Positions 29,967 to 39,174 of a DNA stretch of 64,000 nt are shown one piece after another (within the stretch, counting starts at the first letter, position 1; every line of letters begins with the position of its first letter). The stretch is from Lachnospiraceae bacterium. Lineage in GTDB: Bacteria; Bacillota; Clostridia; Lachnospirales; Lachnospiraceae. The DNA lies in the NCBI GenBank assembly GCA_017465845.1, contig JAFTVH010000139.1, positions 9,114-73,113 of the forward strand. The letters are read 5' to 3'. A program made the position numbers and the translations under genes. The notes beneath the pieces were generated by a model, which searched no databases, was not told where the DNA came from, and saw nothing but the letters and a program-made list of their open reading frames with translations.

Positions 29967-31364
29967 ATGAGTAAAGATTCAATAGATGAAATGGAACAAA
30001 TTCAGAGAGGTCTGGAAGAGTTCCTGGAAAAAGAGGTGGAAGGATACCGAGAGGCAGAACGTGCAGCCCAGGGAGAAGGTCCCGTTCCTATTTATACCAC
30101 GGCTTCTTCCGGGTATCAAACCAGGCGGCGGGAAACTGCATCCGGGCAGCCTCAGGGCTATTATAACGAACCGGACTATAACAGTCAAACAAATTATGAT
30201 AGTGAAGCAGACTACTATGGTGAAACAGACTACCATAGTGAAACAGAGCAAACAACATGGGGGAGAGAGGAGGAATATGCATCTGTGAGAAAGGAAAGAA
30301 CTGCACAAAACAGAACCGAACAATCCCGAAACGCACAGTCTAAAACTGCTGAGAAAGCGCAGACGAGAGGCCGACACAAAAAGAAGAAAAAAAAGAAAAA
30401 GAAGAAATCTTTCTTCAAGCGTTTACTTATCATATTAGTAATACTGTGCTTTCTGGCTTGCGGAGCCTGGTATTATGGCGTGAATCATCTGTATGGAAAA
30501 GTCAATTATGAAGAAATTCCCGCAGTAGAAACAGAGCCCATGAAAGAAGAAGGTGTTATCAACGTCCTGCTGATCGGTAACGACTCCAGAACTCAGGGAG
30601 AGGATGGACGTTCCGATGCAATGATTTTGCTTTCCATCAGCAATGAGACAAAGACCATCCACCTGACTTCCCTGCTTAGGGATATGTATGTGGAGATTCC
30701 GGGATATAAGGATAACAGATTGAATGCAGCTTATTCTTATGGTGGCGCCCAGCTTCTGATGGAGACTCTTGAGAAGAATCTGGATATCCATGTGAACCGC
30801 TATGTGCTGGTAAATTTCCAGGCTTTTGCCAATCTGGTAGATGCTGTGGGCGGTGTGGATCTGGAACTGACAGAGAAGGAAGTAGAGTATATCAACGGTT
30901 ATCTGGTAGAATACAATATGCTGGAAGGAAGACCGGAAGGAACAGATTATCTTGCTACACCTCAGAGCGGTCTGATACACTTAAATGGTCCCCAGGCGCT
31001 GTCCTACTGCAGAAATCGTTATTTAGGTACTGACTTTGGACGGACCGAACGTCAGCGTAAGGTGCTGACTGCCCTTATTGAGAAAGCTCCGTCAGCGCTG
31101 CTTACCAACGGAACAGAGCTGATTAACAGTCTGCTGCCGAATCTGACGACTAACTTGACTGAGAAGGAATGCAGAAACTTGACACTCCAGGCGACGAAGA
31201 TTCTGACGTATGATGTCGTTCAGGGAAGCGTGCCTATCGAGGGAAGCTATTCCAATGCGACCATTCGGGACATGTCGGTGCTGCAGGTTGATTTTGAGGC
31301 AAATAAGGAATATTTGCGGAAGAATATTTATGGAGAAGGGGCAGAGCAGACGGAAGCAGAGTAA
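29967..31364 (+). CDS. LCP (LytR-CpsA-Psr) family protein with a long cytoplasmic N-terminus
   Basis: NVLLIGNDSR, GRSDAMIL, SLLRDMYV, RLNAAY and DFGRTERQR; K10 run before the TM helix. Confidence 0.93.
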   Translation: MSKDSIDEMEQIQRGLEEFLEKEVEGYREAERAAQGEGPVPIYTTASSGYQTRRRETASGQPQGYYNEPDYNSQTNYDSEADYYGETDYHSETEQTTWGREEEYASVRKERTAQNRTEQSRNAQSKTAEKAQTRGRHKKKKKKKKKKSFFKRLLIILVILCFLACGAWYYGVNHLYGKVNYEEIPAVETEPMKEEGVINVLLIGNDSRTQGEDGRSDAMILLSISNETKTIHLTSLLRDMYVEIPGYKDNRLNAAYSYGGAQLLMETLEKNLDIHVNRYVLVNFQAFANLVDAVGGVDLELTEKEVEYINGYLVEYNMLEGRPEGTDYLATPQSGLIHLNGPQALSYCRNRYLGTDFGRTERQRKVLTALIEKAPSALLTNGTELINSLLPNLTTNLTEKECRNLTLQATKILTYDVVQGSVPIEGSYSNATIRDMSVLQVDFEANKEYLRKNIYGEGAEQTEAE

Positions 31365-31368
31365 TTCC

Positions 31369-31467
31369 CCTATAACGATTCCAAAGCACGAACCGATAAA
31401 AACAGTATATGTTAAAATGGTAAGAGAAGTCGTGGAAAGTGAGGGAAGAACAGATGAAATCAATTGA
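31369..31467 (+). pseudogene. hicA: C-terminal remnant of a HicA toxin
   Basis: PITIPKHEPIKTVYVKMVREVVESE...* overlaps the hicB start; the 5' part with the GSH catalytic motif is absent. Confidence 0.72.
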
Positions 31468-31717
31468 GTATTATTTGAGACTTCCTTATAAAATGGAAAT
31501 TGTTGAGGATATGGAAGAGGGGGGCTATGTTGCGTCATTTCCGGAGTTGCCTGGATGCATTACGTGTGCAGAGACAATTGTTGAAGCAGCAGAAAATGCA
31601 GAGGAAGCCAGGAAAGAGTGGATTCATGCTGCATATGAAAGAGGAATCGCTATTCCGGAACCGGACACAGTCAATGCGTATTCCGGAAAGAAAAGAATGC
31701 ATACAGTTGTGAACTAG
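31454..31717 (+). CDS. hicB: HicB-family antitoxin, truncated before its RHH domain
   Basis: YYLRLPY...EGGYVASFPELPGCITC...AIPEP...YSGK, then an unrelated short tail. Confidence 0.85.
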   Translation: MKSIEYYLRLPYKMEIVEDMEEGGYVASFPELPGCITCAETIVEAAENAEEARKEWIHAAYERGIAIPEPDTVNAYSGKKRMHTVVN

Positions 31718-31762
31718 AGAGAAAAAGTGCCTGTCATATCAGGCCCTTTTCTTGTGATTGAC

Positions 31763-31791
31763 TTGCTATTTGTAACTTTCAATGGTAGAAT
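31763..31791 (+). promoter_or_regulatory. Sigma-A promoter (extended -10) of the AAA gene
   Basis: TTGCTA, 17 bp, TAGAAT, preceded by TGn. Confidence 0.6.
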
Positions 31792-31796
31792 CATAA

Positions 31797-31841
31797 GTAC
31801 ATGAAATGTATGTACATGAAATGTATGTACACGGAATTTTA
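31797..31841 (+). repeat. 15-bp tandem repeat (2 exact + 1 degenerate)
   Basis: GTACATGAAATGTAT x2, then GTACACGGAATTTTA. Confidence 0.85.
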
Positions 31842-31873
31842 TACAGTTTAGTGAGGAAAGGAGCGTGTGCTGA

Positions 31874-33472
31874 ATGCCGAAAGTCTTTAATACAACAGGT
31901 CTATGTGTTCCTGAAAAGCATTACATGGTCAACATAGATAAGCGATTAAAGGATATTAAAGCCCTTGTCGATGAGGAAAATTATTTTACTATCAACAAGG
32001 CACGCCAATACGGAAAAACGACCACGCTTCGGGCCCTCTATCGTTATTTGCAGAGCGATTATTATGTTGTCCTGATGGATTTTCAGGTATTTGGAAGTGC
32101 AGAATTCAGCACAGAGCAGATTTTTGCTTCTTCTTTTGCAAGTTCATTCTTAGAGTTGTTAGAGTATAATAATCTTGCCATAACCAAGGAACTTCAGATT
32201 GCCAGAGAGAATCTTGAACAGAACATTGATAGTGAAAAATTTACTTTGCGGCTGCTTTTTAAAGGGTTAAGAGCAGTCTGTGCGGCCGCTGATAAGCCCA
32301 TTGTGCTGATGATAGATGAAGTAGACAGCGCAGCGAACAATCAGGTTTTTTTGGATTTTCTCGCACAGCTTCGTGCAATGTATCTTGTCCGGGATATTCA
32401 GCCGGCTTTTAAGTCCGTCATTCTGGCCGGCGTTTATGATGTTAAAAATCTGAAACAGAAAATTCGGCCGGATGAAGATCACAAATACAATAGCCCCTGG
32501 AACATTGCGGCAGACTTTGAAATTGACATGAGCTTGTCAAAGGATGGAATCGCCGGGATGCTTCTGGAATATGAGAATGACTATCACACAGGAATGAACG
32601 TGGATGAAATGGCAGGTTGGATATATGATTATACATCGGGTTATCCTTTTTTCGTTTCAAGATTGTGCCAGTTGATAGATAAGAATATTAGTCGAAAAAC
32701 GGAGTACGGTTCTAAAGAGTCTGCATGGACGAAAAAGGGATTCAATGAAGGGGTCCGTATGCTTCTATCGGAGAAGAACACACTGTTTGAATCTCTGATT
32801 GGGAAGCTCCACGATTATACGAAGCTTAATACAATGTTGCGGACACTGCTTTTTACTGGAAGAACATTCTCTTATGCTGCTGATGAGAGCGTAATAGACA
32901 TGGCTACCATGTTTGGATTTATTAAGAATCAAAATGGTAATGTAGCAGTTGCAAATCGGATTTTTGAGACGCGCCTGTACAACTATTATCTGGCAGAGAA
33001 TGAGATGCAGGGAACGGATATTTACAAAGCTTCACTGCAGGATAAGAGTCAGTTTATTGTGGATGGGCATTTGAATATGAAGCGAATCCTTGAAAAGTTT
33101 GTGGTTCATTTTAATGATATCTATGGTAACTGCAGTGAGAAGTTCCTGGAGGATGAGGGAAGGCAATACTTCCTGCTCTACCTTAGACCAATCATCAATG
33201 GTACAGGAAATTATTATGTAGAAGCCAGAACGCGAGACATGCGCAGAACGGATGTCATTGTAGATTACCATGGTGAGCAATATATAATAGAGATGAAAAT
33301 TTGGCATGGAGATGAATATAACAATCGTGGTGAGCAGCAGTTGATTGGGTATCTTGATGACTACCATATTAACAAAGGCTATATGCTCAGCTTCAACTTT
33401 AACAAGAACAAACAGGTTGGAGTTCATCAGGTTGTCATTGGAGAGAAAGAAATTATTGAAGCGGTGGTATGA
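31874..33472 (+). CDS. AAA-family ATPase with a C-terminal PD-(D/E)XK-type nuclease domain
   Basis: Walker A ARQYGKTT, Walker B LMIDEVD, and RTDVIV...YIIEMKIW...GEQQLIGY. Confidence 0.85.
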   Translation: MPKVFNTTGLCVPEKHYMVNIDKRLKDIKALVDEENYFTINKARQYGKTTTLRALYRYLQSDYYVVLMDFQVFGSAEFSTEQIFASSFASSFLELLEYNNLAITKELQIARENLEQNIDSEKFTLRLLFKGLRAVCAAADKPIVLMIDEVDSAANNQVFLDFLAQLRAMYLVRDIQPAFKSVILAGVYDVKNLKQKIRPDEDHKYNSPWNIAADFEIDMSLSKDGIAGMLLEYENDYHTGMNVDEMAGWIYDYTSGYPFFVSRLCQLIDKNISRKTEYGSKESAWTKKGFNEGVRMLLSEKNTLFESLIGKLHDYTKLNTMLRTLLFTGRTFSYAADESVIDMATMFGFIKNQNGNVAVANRIFETRLYNYYLAENEMQGTDIYKASLQDKSQFIVDGHLNMKRILEKFVVHFNDIYGNCSEKFLEDEGRQYFLLYLRPIINGTGNYYVEARTRDMRRTDVIVDYHGEQYIIEMKIWHGDEYNNRGEQQLIGYLDDYHINKGYMLSFNFNKNKQVGVHQVVIGEKEIIEAVV

Positions 33473-33473
33473 T

Positions 33474-33525
33474 AAAAAGAGCCTGATATAGCAACCTCTT
33501 AAGGCTGCTGTGTCAGGCTCTTTTT
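33474..33525. terminator. Bidirectional terminator
   Basis: AAAAAGAGCCTGATATAGCA...TGCTGTGTCAGGCTCTTTTT. Confidence 0.85.
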
Positions 33526-33580
33526 ATATCTCAACTAATTTACCATCAATCGTGTGCTCAGTTTTTCTTAGCACACAAGA

Positions 33581-34777
33581 TTAGCGAAACACATATTCCT
33601 TCAACCGACCAAACGCCTCTTCCACAAGACTCCGTGGCAAAGCCAGATTCATGCGGATAGTATTCGGTTTATTGAAAGGCCGCCCGTCCTGCCAGATGAC
33701 ACCTACCCGGATACCGGCTCTGAGAAGCTCGTCCATGCTGCAGCCGTGTGCCTCACACCATTTGCCGCAGTCCAGATACAGCATATAAGTACCCTGAGGT
33801 CTTGCCAGTTCCACTCCGTCAAAGTGCTCTGTGATAAAGCGGTAAGCGTAATCTGCATTGTCTGTCAGCACCTGCTTCAGCTCGTCCACCCATTCCTGCC
33901 CTGCAGGGCTGTATGCTCCGGCCAGCGCATGCATCGAAAGCACATTCATGCTATTGTAATGACTTAAAGAAGATTGCTTTCTTACCCGGTCTCGCAGATA
34001 GGGATTGTATATAATATGATAGGAACCAATGAGCCCTGCCAGGTTGAAGGTCTTGGAGGGCGCATAAACAGCAATGGTCCTGTTTCGTGCATCCTCTGAA
34101 ACAGACTGGGTTGGAATGTGACGGTGATTACCTAATGTCAGGTCCGACCAGATTTCATCAGAGATGACGATGCAGTTATTGCGTCTGTAGACTTCCATGG
34201 CCTGTTCAATCTCTTCTTTTTCCCAGACACGTCCTGTTGGATTGTGGGGGGAACAGAAAACTGCAAAATGAATGCGGTGTTTCTTTAACTTTCGATCCAT
34301 ATCTTCATAATCCATGCGCCAGATACCTTCTGCATCCCGTTTTAATTCGCTGAGCACGATATGGCGGCCGTTATCCTCCATGACACGGGTGAATCCAACG
34401 TAAGTAGGAGAATGAAATAAAACAGATTCTCCCGGAGCTGTAAACGCCTGAAGCGCTGAGGAAATGCAGCCAAGAACGCCATTTTCATATCCGATCGCAC
34501 TTGCCGTAAGTCCCTCCACGCCGTTGCGTACACGGTGCCAGTTGATGATGCTTTCATAGTATTCCAGGGAAAGATTGTAATATCCGAAGGTTGGATGCTT
34601 CGTGCGCTCGATGATGCGTTCCTGAATAATGGGTGCAGTAGCAAAATTCATATCAGCTACCCACATGGGAATCCTGCTGAAGCCGTCTTCTATCTCTGCA
34701 TTTGGAACAGGAATCACCTCTACAGCGAGAGAATCTTTGCCGGTACGGTCTATGATGGAAGTAAAATCGTATTTCAT
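33581..34777 (-). CDS. patB: MalY/PatB-family PLP-dependent C-S lyase (cystathionine beta-lyase-like)
   Basis: IPMWVADM, CSPHNPTGRVW, SDEIWSD and APSKTFNLAGL; RBS AAGGAGG. Confidence 0.92.
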   Translation of the reverse strand: MKYDFTSIIDRTGKDSLAVEVIPVPNAEIEDGFSRIPMWVADMNFATAPIIQERIIERTKHPTFGYYNLSLEYYESIINWHRVRNGVEGLTASAIGYENGVLGCISSALQAFTAPGESVLFHSPTYVGFTRVMEDNGRHIVLSELKRDAEGIWRMDYEDMDRKLKKHRIHFAVFCSPHNPTGRVWEKEEIEQAMEVYRRNNCIVISDEIWSDLTLGNHRHIPTQSVSEDARNRTIAVYAPSKTFNLAGLIGSYHIIYNPYLRDRVRKQSSLSHYNSMNVLSMHALAGAYSPAGQEWVDELKQVLTDNADYAYRFITEHFDGVELARPQGTYMLYLDCGKWCEAHGCSMDELLRAGIRVGVIWQDGRPFNKPNTIRMNLALPRSLVEEAFGRLKEYVFR

Positions 34778-35113
34778 GAAAAGGGTGCCTCCTTGCAATG
34801 AATTGTCATAAGCTATAATACGAATCCTAAATATCTGTTTTATAGACTTATTTTATCATAAATAAAAGACGGTTTCTATAGCAGATCATGTTTTGACTGC
34901 AGCCTACGGCACTTTTTTGTCTGCAGGTTACGTGTAAACTGTAATACGCACCATATTGATGTATACATTGTGCTATATTCCATGTGTCCGTTTTGAAAAA
35001 CAATGTGTCTTCTACACACGGACATTTCGGCTTTTCAGATAAATTGAAGCTGAAAACCCTGTATAATCAAAGGGCACAAAATAAAAAAAGTCCGCCACAC
35101 ACGTACAAAATAC

Positions 35114-35142
35114 TTGACAAACAATGTAAAATGGTCTACACT
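35114..35142 (+). promoter_or_regulatory. Sigma-A promoter of the T-box leader
   Basis: TTGACA, 17 bp, TACACT. Confidence 0.8.
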
Positions 35143-35162
35143 CATATCAGTTTCAAATGTTT

Positions 35163-35457
35163 AAAAGCTGTGAAGAGAAGAGTAAAAGAAGAGTGAAATC
35201 ACAGAGAGTCCCGGCTGGTGGGAAGGGATATGGAAGGCTTCTTTGAACATGGTCTCGGAGCTGCGCACCGACCTTACGTACTGCGTAAATAGGCTGCGAC
35301 AGGTGCACCTGTTATAGTGCCGGACTATCGGTCTGCTGTTGGCCGTCCCGTAGTCGATGAGGTTCTTATTGTGAAGTAAGAATAAATTAAGGTGGTAACG
35401 CGAGAGTTTACGGCTCCCGTCCTTAAATGTTTTTTAAGGATGGGGGCTTTTTATTTT
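35163..35457 (+). promoter_or_regulatory. T-box riboswitch with Met (AUG) specifier
   Basis: Stem I with AGTA, AGAGAG and GGTGGGA motifs; specifier GAAC-ATG-G (35249-35251); T-box AAGGTGGTAACGCG (35389-35402); terminator GCTCCCGTCCTTAAA/TTTAAGGATGGGGGC plus T-tract. Confidence 0.92.
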
Positions 35458-35483
35458 GCATGCCGCCTGAGAAAGGATTGAAT

Positions 35484-35969
35484 ATGAACGAGAACAGCTG
35501 GTTGGAAAATGGATATTGTCATCTTGTAAATAAAACTTTTTTCTTTATTGAAAAATATCTTGAGGGAGTCGTGCCTGCAGGCCGTCCGGAACAGGATATT
35601 TACTGGAAAACAAAAGAAATATATGATGAACTGGAAATGCTGTGGCAAGAGGGAAGGACACAGGAAGCAGATAGAATTCTGGAAGCATATCTTGCTTTTG
35701 CTACAGAATATTTTGAACAGGGCAATCCCTGGAAGAACAGGGAGAAGGATCCCCGCGCCTGCCGTAATACCGTGCTGAACAGTGTGCAGATGATAGCCAA
35801 TCTGACGGTATGGCTGGAAGCACGCGGGGAATATCCGGCTTGTCATGTGATGGAGTGGCTGGAGCTTGACAGAGAATGGCAGGTGCACCACGTGCATTCA
35901 GGTTATCAGCTGCGTAATATAGAAGAAATTACCCTTTATCATGAAAAAAGTACTTTTCAGATGGCTTAA
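35484..35969 (+). CDS. Stand-alone methionyl-tRNA synthetase anticodon-binding-like domain (161 aa)
   Basis: HLVNKTFFFIEKYLEG.VP...FATEYFEQGNPW...CRNTVLNSVQMIANL matches the class Ia MetRS helix bundle. There is no HIGH or KMSKS motif. RBS GAAAGGA; directly downstream of the Met T-box. Confidence 0.78.
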   Translation: MNENSWLENGYCHLVNKTFFFIEKYLEGVVPAGRPEQDIYWKTKEIYDELEMLWQEGRTQEADRILEAYLAFATEYFEQGNPWKNREKDPRACRNTVLNSVQMIANLTVWLEARGEYPACHVMEWLELDREWQVHHVHSGYQLRNIEEITLYHEKSTFQMA

Positions 35970-36026
35970 AATGGAGTATGATAGATAGAAACAGGAGGCG
36001 GGATACGACAGGAGAGGAGACAAAGG

Positions 36027-36332
36027 ATGGATTTTATTTTATTAGTGTTTGTGGCGTTCTTGTGCATGTGGCAGGGTGTTAAGGAGTATCACTCAGAGGA
36101 GCAGTCCAAAGTGTTTACGAAATATCCGATTAAGGTGAATGATGTAAAGGAATACAATCATTTCTGCGGAAAGCTGATCATCGGTTTTGGTGTGGTGGCA
36201 GAGATCACCATGATTGGCATGACATCGGTAGGTGGATGGTGGAGCATCATTTTCATCGTGCTGCTTCTTGCAGAAGCATACGGACTGATGGTCATTTACC
36301 GTAAAGGTGAGAAAAAGTACAGGATAAAGTAA
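36027..36332 (+). CDS. Small hypothetical membrane protein (3 TM)
   Basis: Hydrophobic helices, GGAG RBS and a downstream terminator. Confidence 0.8.
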   Translation: MDFILLVFVAFLCMWQGVKEYHSEEQSKVFTKYPIKVNDVKEYNHFCGKLIIGFGVVAEITMIGMTSVGGWWSIIFIVLLLAEAYGLMVIYRKGEKKYRIK

Positions 36333-36379
36333 TGGGAATCTTTTGGGACAGGCTTTATTCAGGAGTTCCCGAGAATATG

Positions 36380-36421
36380 AAACAGCTGAAAGCGATGAGG
36401 AAAAGGCTTTCAGCTGTTTTT
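36380..36421 (+). terminator. Intrinsic terminator
   Basis: AAACAGCTGAAAGC / GCTTTCAGCTGTTTTT. Confidence 0.8.
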
Positions 36422-36651
36422 GCGTTGGTAAAGGATATTTGGAACATATTTTTTCTATATGTCAAAAAACTCTTTATCCCGCCAGGTTGCAGCCGCATCT
36501 TAAGTAAATGTTATTGCATCTGAATAATAACGTGGGTTGTAAAGATTTGCATAGTATGTTAAACTAAAATGAGAAAACGAATATATACTTACCATATGTA
36601 GCGAATCAGGAGTATAGAGGGAAAATAATAAGCTGGAAGGGACAAGAATTG

Positions 36652-37911
36652 ATGAAGAAAAGGGGATCTAAGGCAATTCTGGGGATTTGTATGGGGATTG
36701 TCATTTTGTTTACAGGATGCGGGGCAGAGCCGGAAGTGACCATTCCATTGATAGTGCCGGAGAAAATTGTGATTGCTGATAAAGAGCAGGGTGTAGCAGA
36801 GAAACAGCAGGAGCAGCAAGGAGATACACAGCAACAGGGAGACGAGTCACAACGGGGAGAAGCGCAGCAACAGGGGGATTCCGAATCAGGATCGGAGCCC
36901 ACACACACTGCAGTAAGCCCACTTCCGCCGGAAATCAGCATCACCATATCAGCCACCGGCGATGTAACGATGGGGAATCACAGAGAGCAGGGGTATGAGC
37001 TCTCTTTTAATGAGACCTACGACAAAGCAGAGGACAAGGGATATTTCTTTGAAAATGTAGCAGATATTTTCAAAGCAGATGATATGACGATCGTGAATCT
37101 GGAGGGTGTGCTGACGATTTCGGAAAATTATGCGGCAGACCGTACCTACAATATCAAAGGACTTCCGGAGTATGCCTATCTGTTGCGTGACGGCTATATA
37201 GAAGCGGTGAGCATGGCCAATAATCACAGGCAGGACTATGGTGCAGAGGGAACGCAGGATACGGTAGATGCGCTGGAAAGCGCAGGTATTGCCTATGCTT
37301 ATGATAAAAATCTGGGAATGTATGAGACTCAGGGAATCAAAATCGGCTGGGTGTCTGTCAATGAAACATCACAGGGTGTCTATGTGGAGAAAATCCTTGA
37401 GGAAGGCATCAGACAGCTTAGAGAGGACGGCGCGGACCTGGTGCTTGCCTGCTGTCACTGGGGCATTGAGCGGGAGTATTATCCGGAGGATTACCAGAAA
37501 GAACTGGGAAAGAAGTGCATTGATTGGGGAGCCGACCTTGTGCTTGGTCATCACCCACATGTGCTTCAGGGAATTGAACAGTATCAGGGAAAATACATTG
37601 TATATAGTCTGGGGAACTTCTGCTTTGGCGCCAACAGGAATCCTTCCGACAAAGACACCATGATATTCCAACAGACTTTTACTTTCAGACAGGAGGAAAC
37701 TGCGCAGGAAGATTCAGAATGGAACCTTATGGAAGATACAGAAGCGCGGATTATTCCCTGCCGCATCAGTTCGGTTGCGTCCAGAAATGATTTCAAGCCC
37801 ACACCGCTTACAGGGGAAGAGGGGCAGCAGGTGATTGACCGTGTCAATGAGTACAGCAAAGAGTTCGGTGTCATAGCAGATGCAGACGGTCTACTGAAGA
37901 AAGCACAGTAA
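36652..37911 (+). CDS. CapA-family metallophosphatase-fold lipoprotein with a Gln-rich linker
   Basis: Lipobox FTGC; GDV, NLEG, ANNH..DYG, HWGIE, GHHPHVLQ and YSLGNF; 18-bp QQGD repeats at 36814-36885. Confidence 0.92.
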   Translation: MKKRGSKAILGICMGIVILFTGCGAEPEVTIPLIVPEKIVIADKEQGVAEKQQEQQGDTQQQGDESQRGEAQQQGDSESGSEPTHTAVSPLPPEISITISATGDVTMGNHREQGYELSFNETYDKAEDKGYFFENVADIFKADDMTIVNLEGVLTISENYAADRTYNIKGLPEYAYLLRDGYIEAVSMANNHRQDYGAEGTQDTVDALESAGIAYAYDKNLGMYETQGIKIGWVSVNETSQGVYVEKILEEGIRQLREDGADLVLACCHWGIEREYYPEDYQKELGKKCIDWGADLVLGHHPHVLQGIEQYQGKYIVYSLGNFCFGANRNPSDKDTMIFQQTFTFRQEETAQEDSEWNLMEDTEARIIPCRISSVASRNDFKPTPLTGEEGQQVIDRVNEYSKEFGVIADADGLLKKAQ

Positions 37912-38005
37912 GCGGAGCAGAAAGCGAATCAGAATAAACAGAGCAAGAATGATTGGAACATGAGCCAGGAAAATTAGGAAACAAAAAAGAATGGAGAGCA
38001 GCAAC

Positions 38006-39139
38006 ATGGAAACAAGAGCAATGGAAAAACTCGGTGTAAAGACTTCTTTACTGGGATTCGGATGTATGCGTTTTCCCACCACAGCAGATGGTAAAATCGA
38101 TGAGACAATGGCGGAGCAGATGTTGGACAAAGCCATTGCAGCCGGTGTGAATTATATTGATACCGCTTATCCTTATCATAATGGAGAAAGTGAGCCCTTT
38201 GTGGGACGTGTGCTTCAGAAGTATGAGCGGGGTTCCTTTTATCTCGCAACCAAGCTGCCTATCTGGAAAGTAGAGAAGCTGGAAGATGTAGACACCATTC
38301 TGGAGGAGCAGCTTACCAGGCTGCAGACTGATTATATTGATTTTTACCTCATGCATGCCATGAACAAGGAACGCTGGGATGCTATGCTTCAGATGGGCGT
38401 AGTGAAACGTCTGGAGGAACTGAAGGCGGAGGGAAAGATACGGTATCTTGGCTTCTCTTTCCACGATACCTATGAGGCTTTTGAGGAGATGTTATGTTAC
38501 AGAGACTGGGATTTCTGCCAGATTCAGCTAAACTATATGGACGCAAACGAACAGGCAGGTTTAAAGGGATATGAACTGACCGTGCAGAAGCAGGTGCCGC
38601 TGATTATTATGGAGCCCGTGAAAGGCGGGACTCTCGCTGTTTTTGGCGAAGATATTACAGAGATGTTCCATGCGCATGACGCAGAGGCTTCCAGCGCTTC
38701 TTTTGCCCTGCGGTGGGTGGGCAGCCTTCCCAATGTAAAGGTGATTTTAAGCGGCATGTCTACTATGGAACAGGTTGAGGACAATCTGAGAACTTTTGGA
38801 CAGTTCAGGCCTTTAAATAATGAGGAAAGTAAGACGATAGATGAGGTTGTTGCTATTTTGAACAGCAGGGTGCAGAATGGCTGTACCGCCTGCCGCTACT
38901 GTATGCCTTGTCCTTTTGGCGTCGATATTCCGGGTACTTTCCGTACGTGGAATACTTATCACATGTATCAGAACTATAAGATCGTCAGGAATCGCTGGGA
39001 ACAGATGGAGGAGTCTGCGCGCCCGAAGAATTGTGTAAAGTGTGGCAGGTGTGAGCAATCATGTCCTCAGAAGCTGCATATTCGGGATGATTTGGCCAGA
39101 GCGCAGGAAGATTTGGATAAAAAGGAAATGATATTATAA
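38006..39139 (+). CDS. Aldo/keto reductase with a C-terminal Fe-S dicluster
   Basis: LGFGCMRFP, YIDTAYPY, GFSFH, CTACRYCMPCP and CVKCGRCEQSCPQ. Confidence 0.93.
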   Translation: METRAMEKLGVKTSLLGFGCMRFPTTADGKIDETMAEQMLDKAIAAGVNYIDTAYPYHNGESEPFVGRVLQKYERGSFYLATKLPIWKVEKLEDVDTILEEQLTRLQTDYIDFYLMHAMNKERWDAMLQMGVVKRLEELKAEGKIRYLGFSFHDTYEAFEEMLCYRDWDFCQIQLNYMDANEQAGLKGYELTVQKQVPLIIMEPVKGGTLAVFGEDITEMFHAHDAEASSASFALRWVGSLPNVKVILSGMSTMEQVEDNLRTFGQFRPLNNEESKTIDEVVAILNSRVQNGCTACRYCMPCPFGVDIPGTFRTWNTYHMYQNYKIVRNRWEQMEESARPKNCVKCGRCEQSCPQKLHIRDDLARAQEDLDKKEMIL

Positions 39140-39174
39140 AAGCAACGATATGATAAAGCTGGGGGAAATGAGGC

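Noticed and set aside
31797-31841. Short repeats here and at 54836-54880 as CRISPR arrays
   Set aside because: Units are 7-15 bp with no unique spacers, and there are no cas genes.
35427-35483. Upstream ATG start (35427) for the T-box-controlled ORF
   Set aside because: It lies inside the T-box terminator hairpin; the RBS supports 35484.
36652-37911. Poly-gamma-glutamate capsule locus
   Set aside because: Only the CapA-domain gene is present, with no capB or capC.
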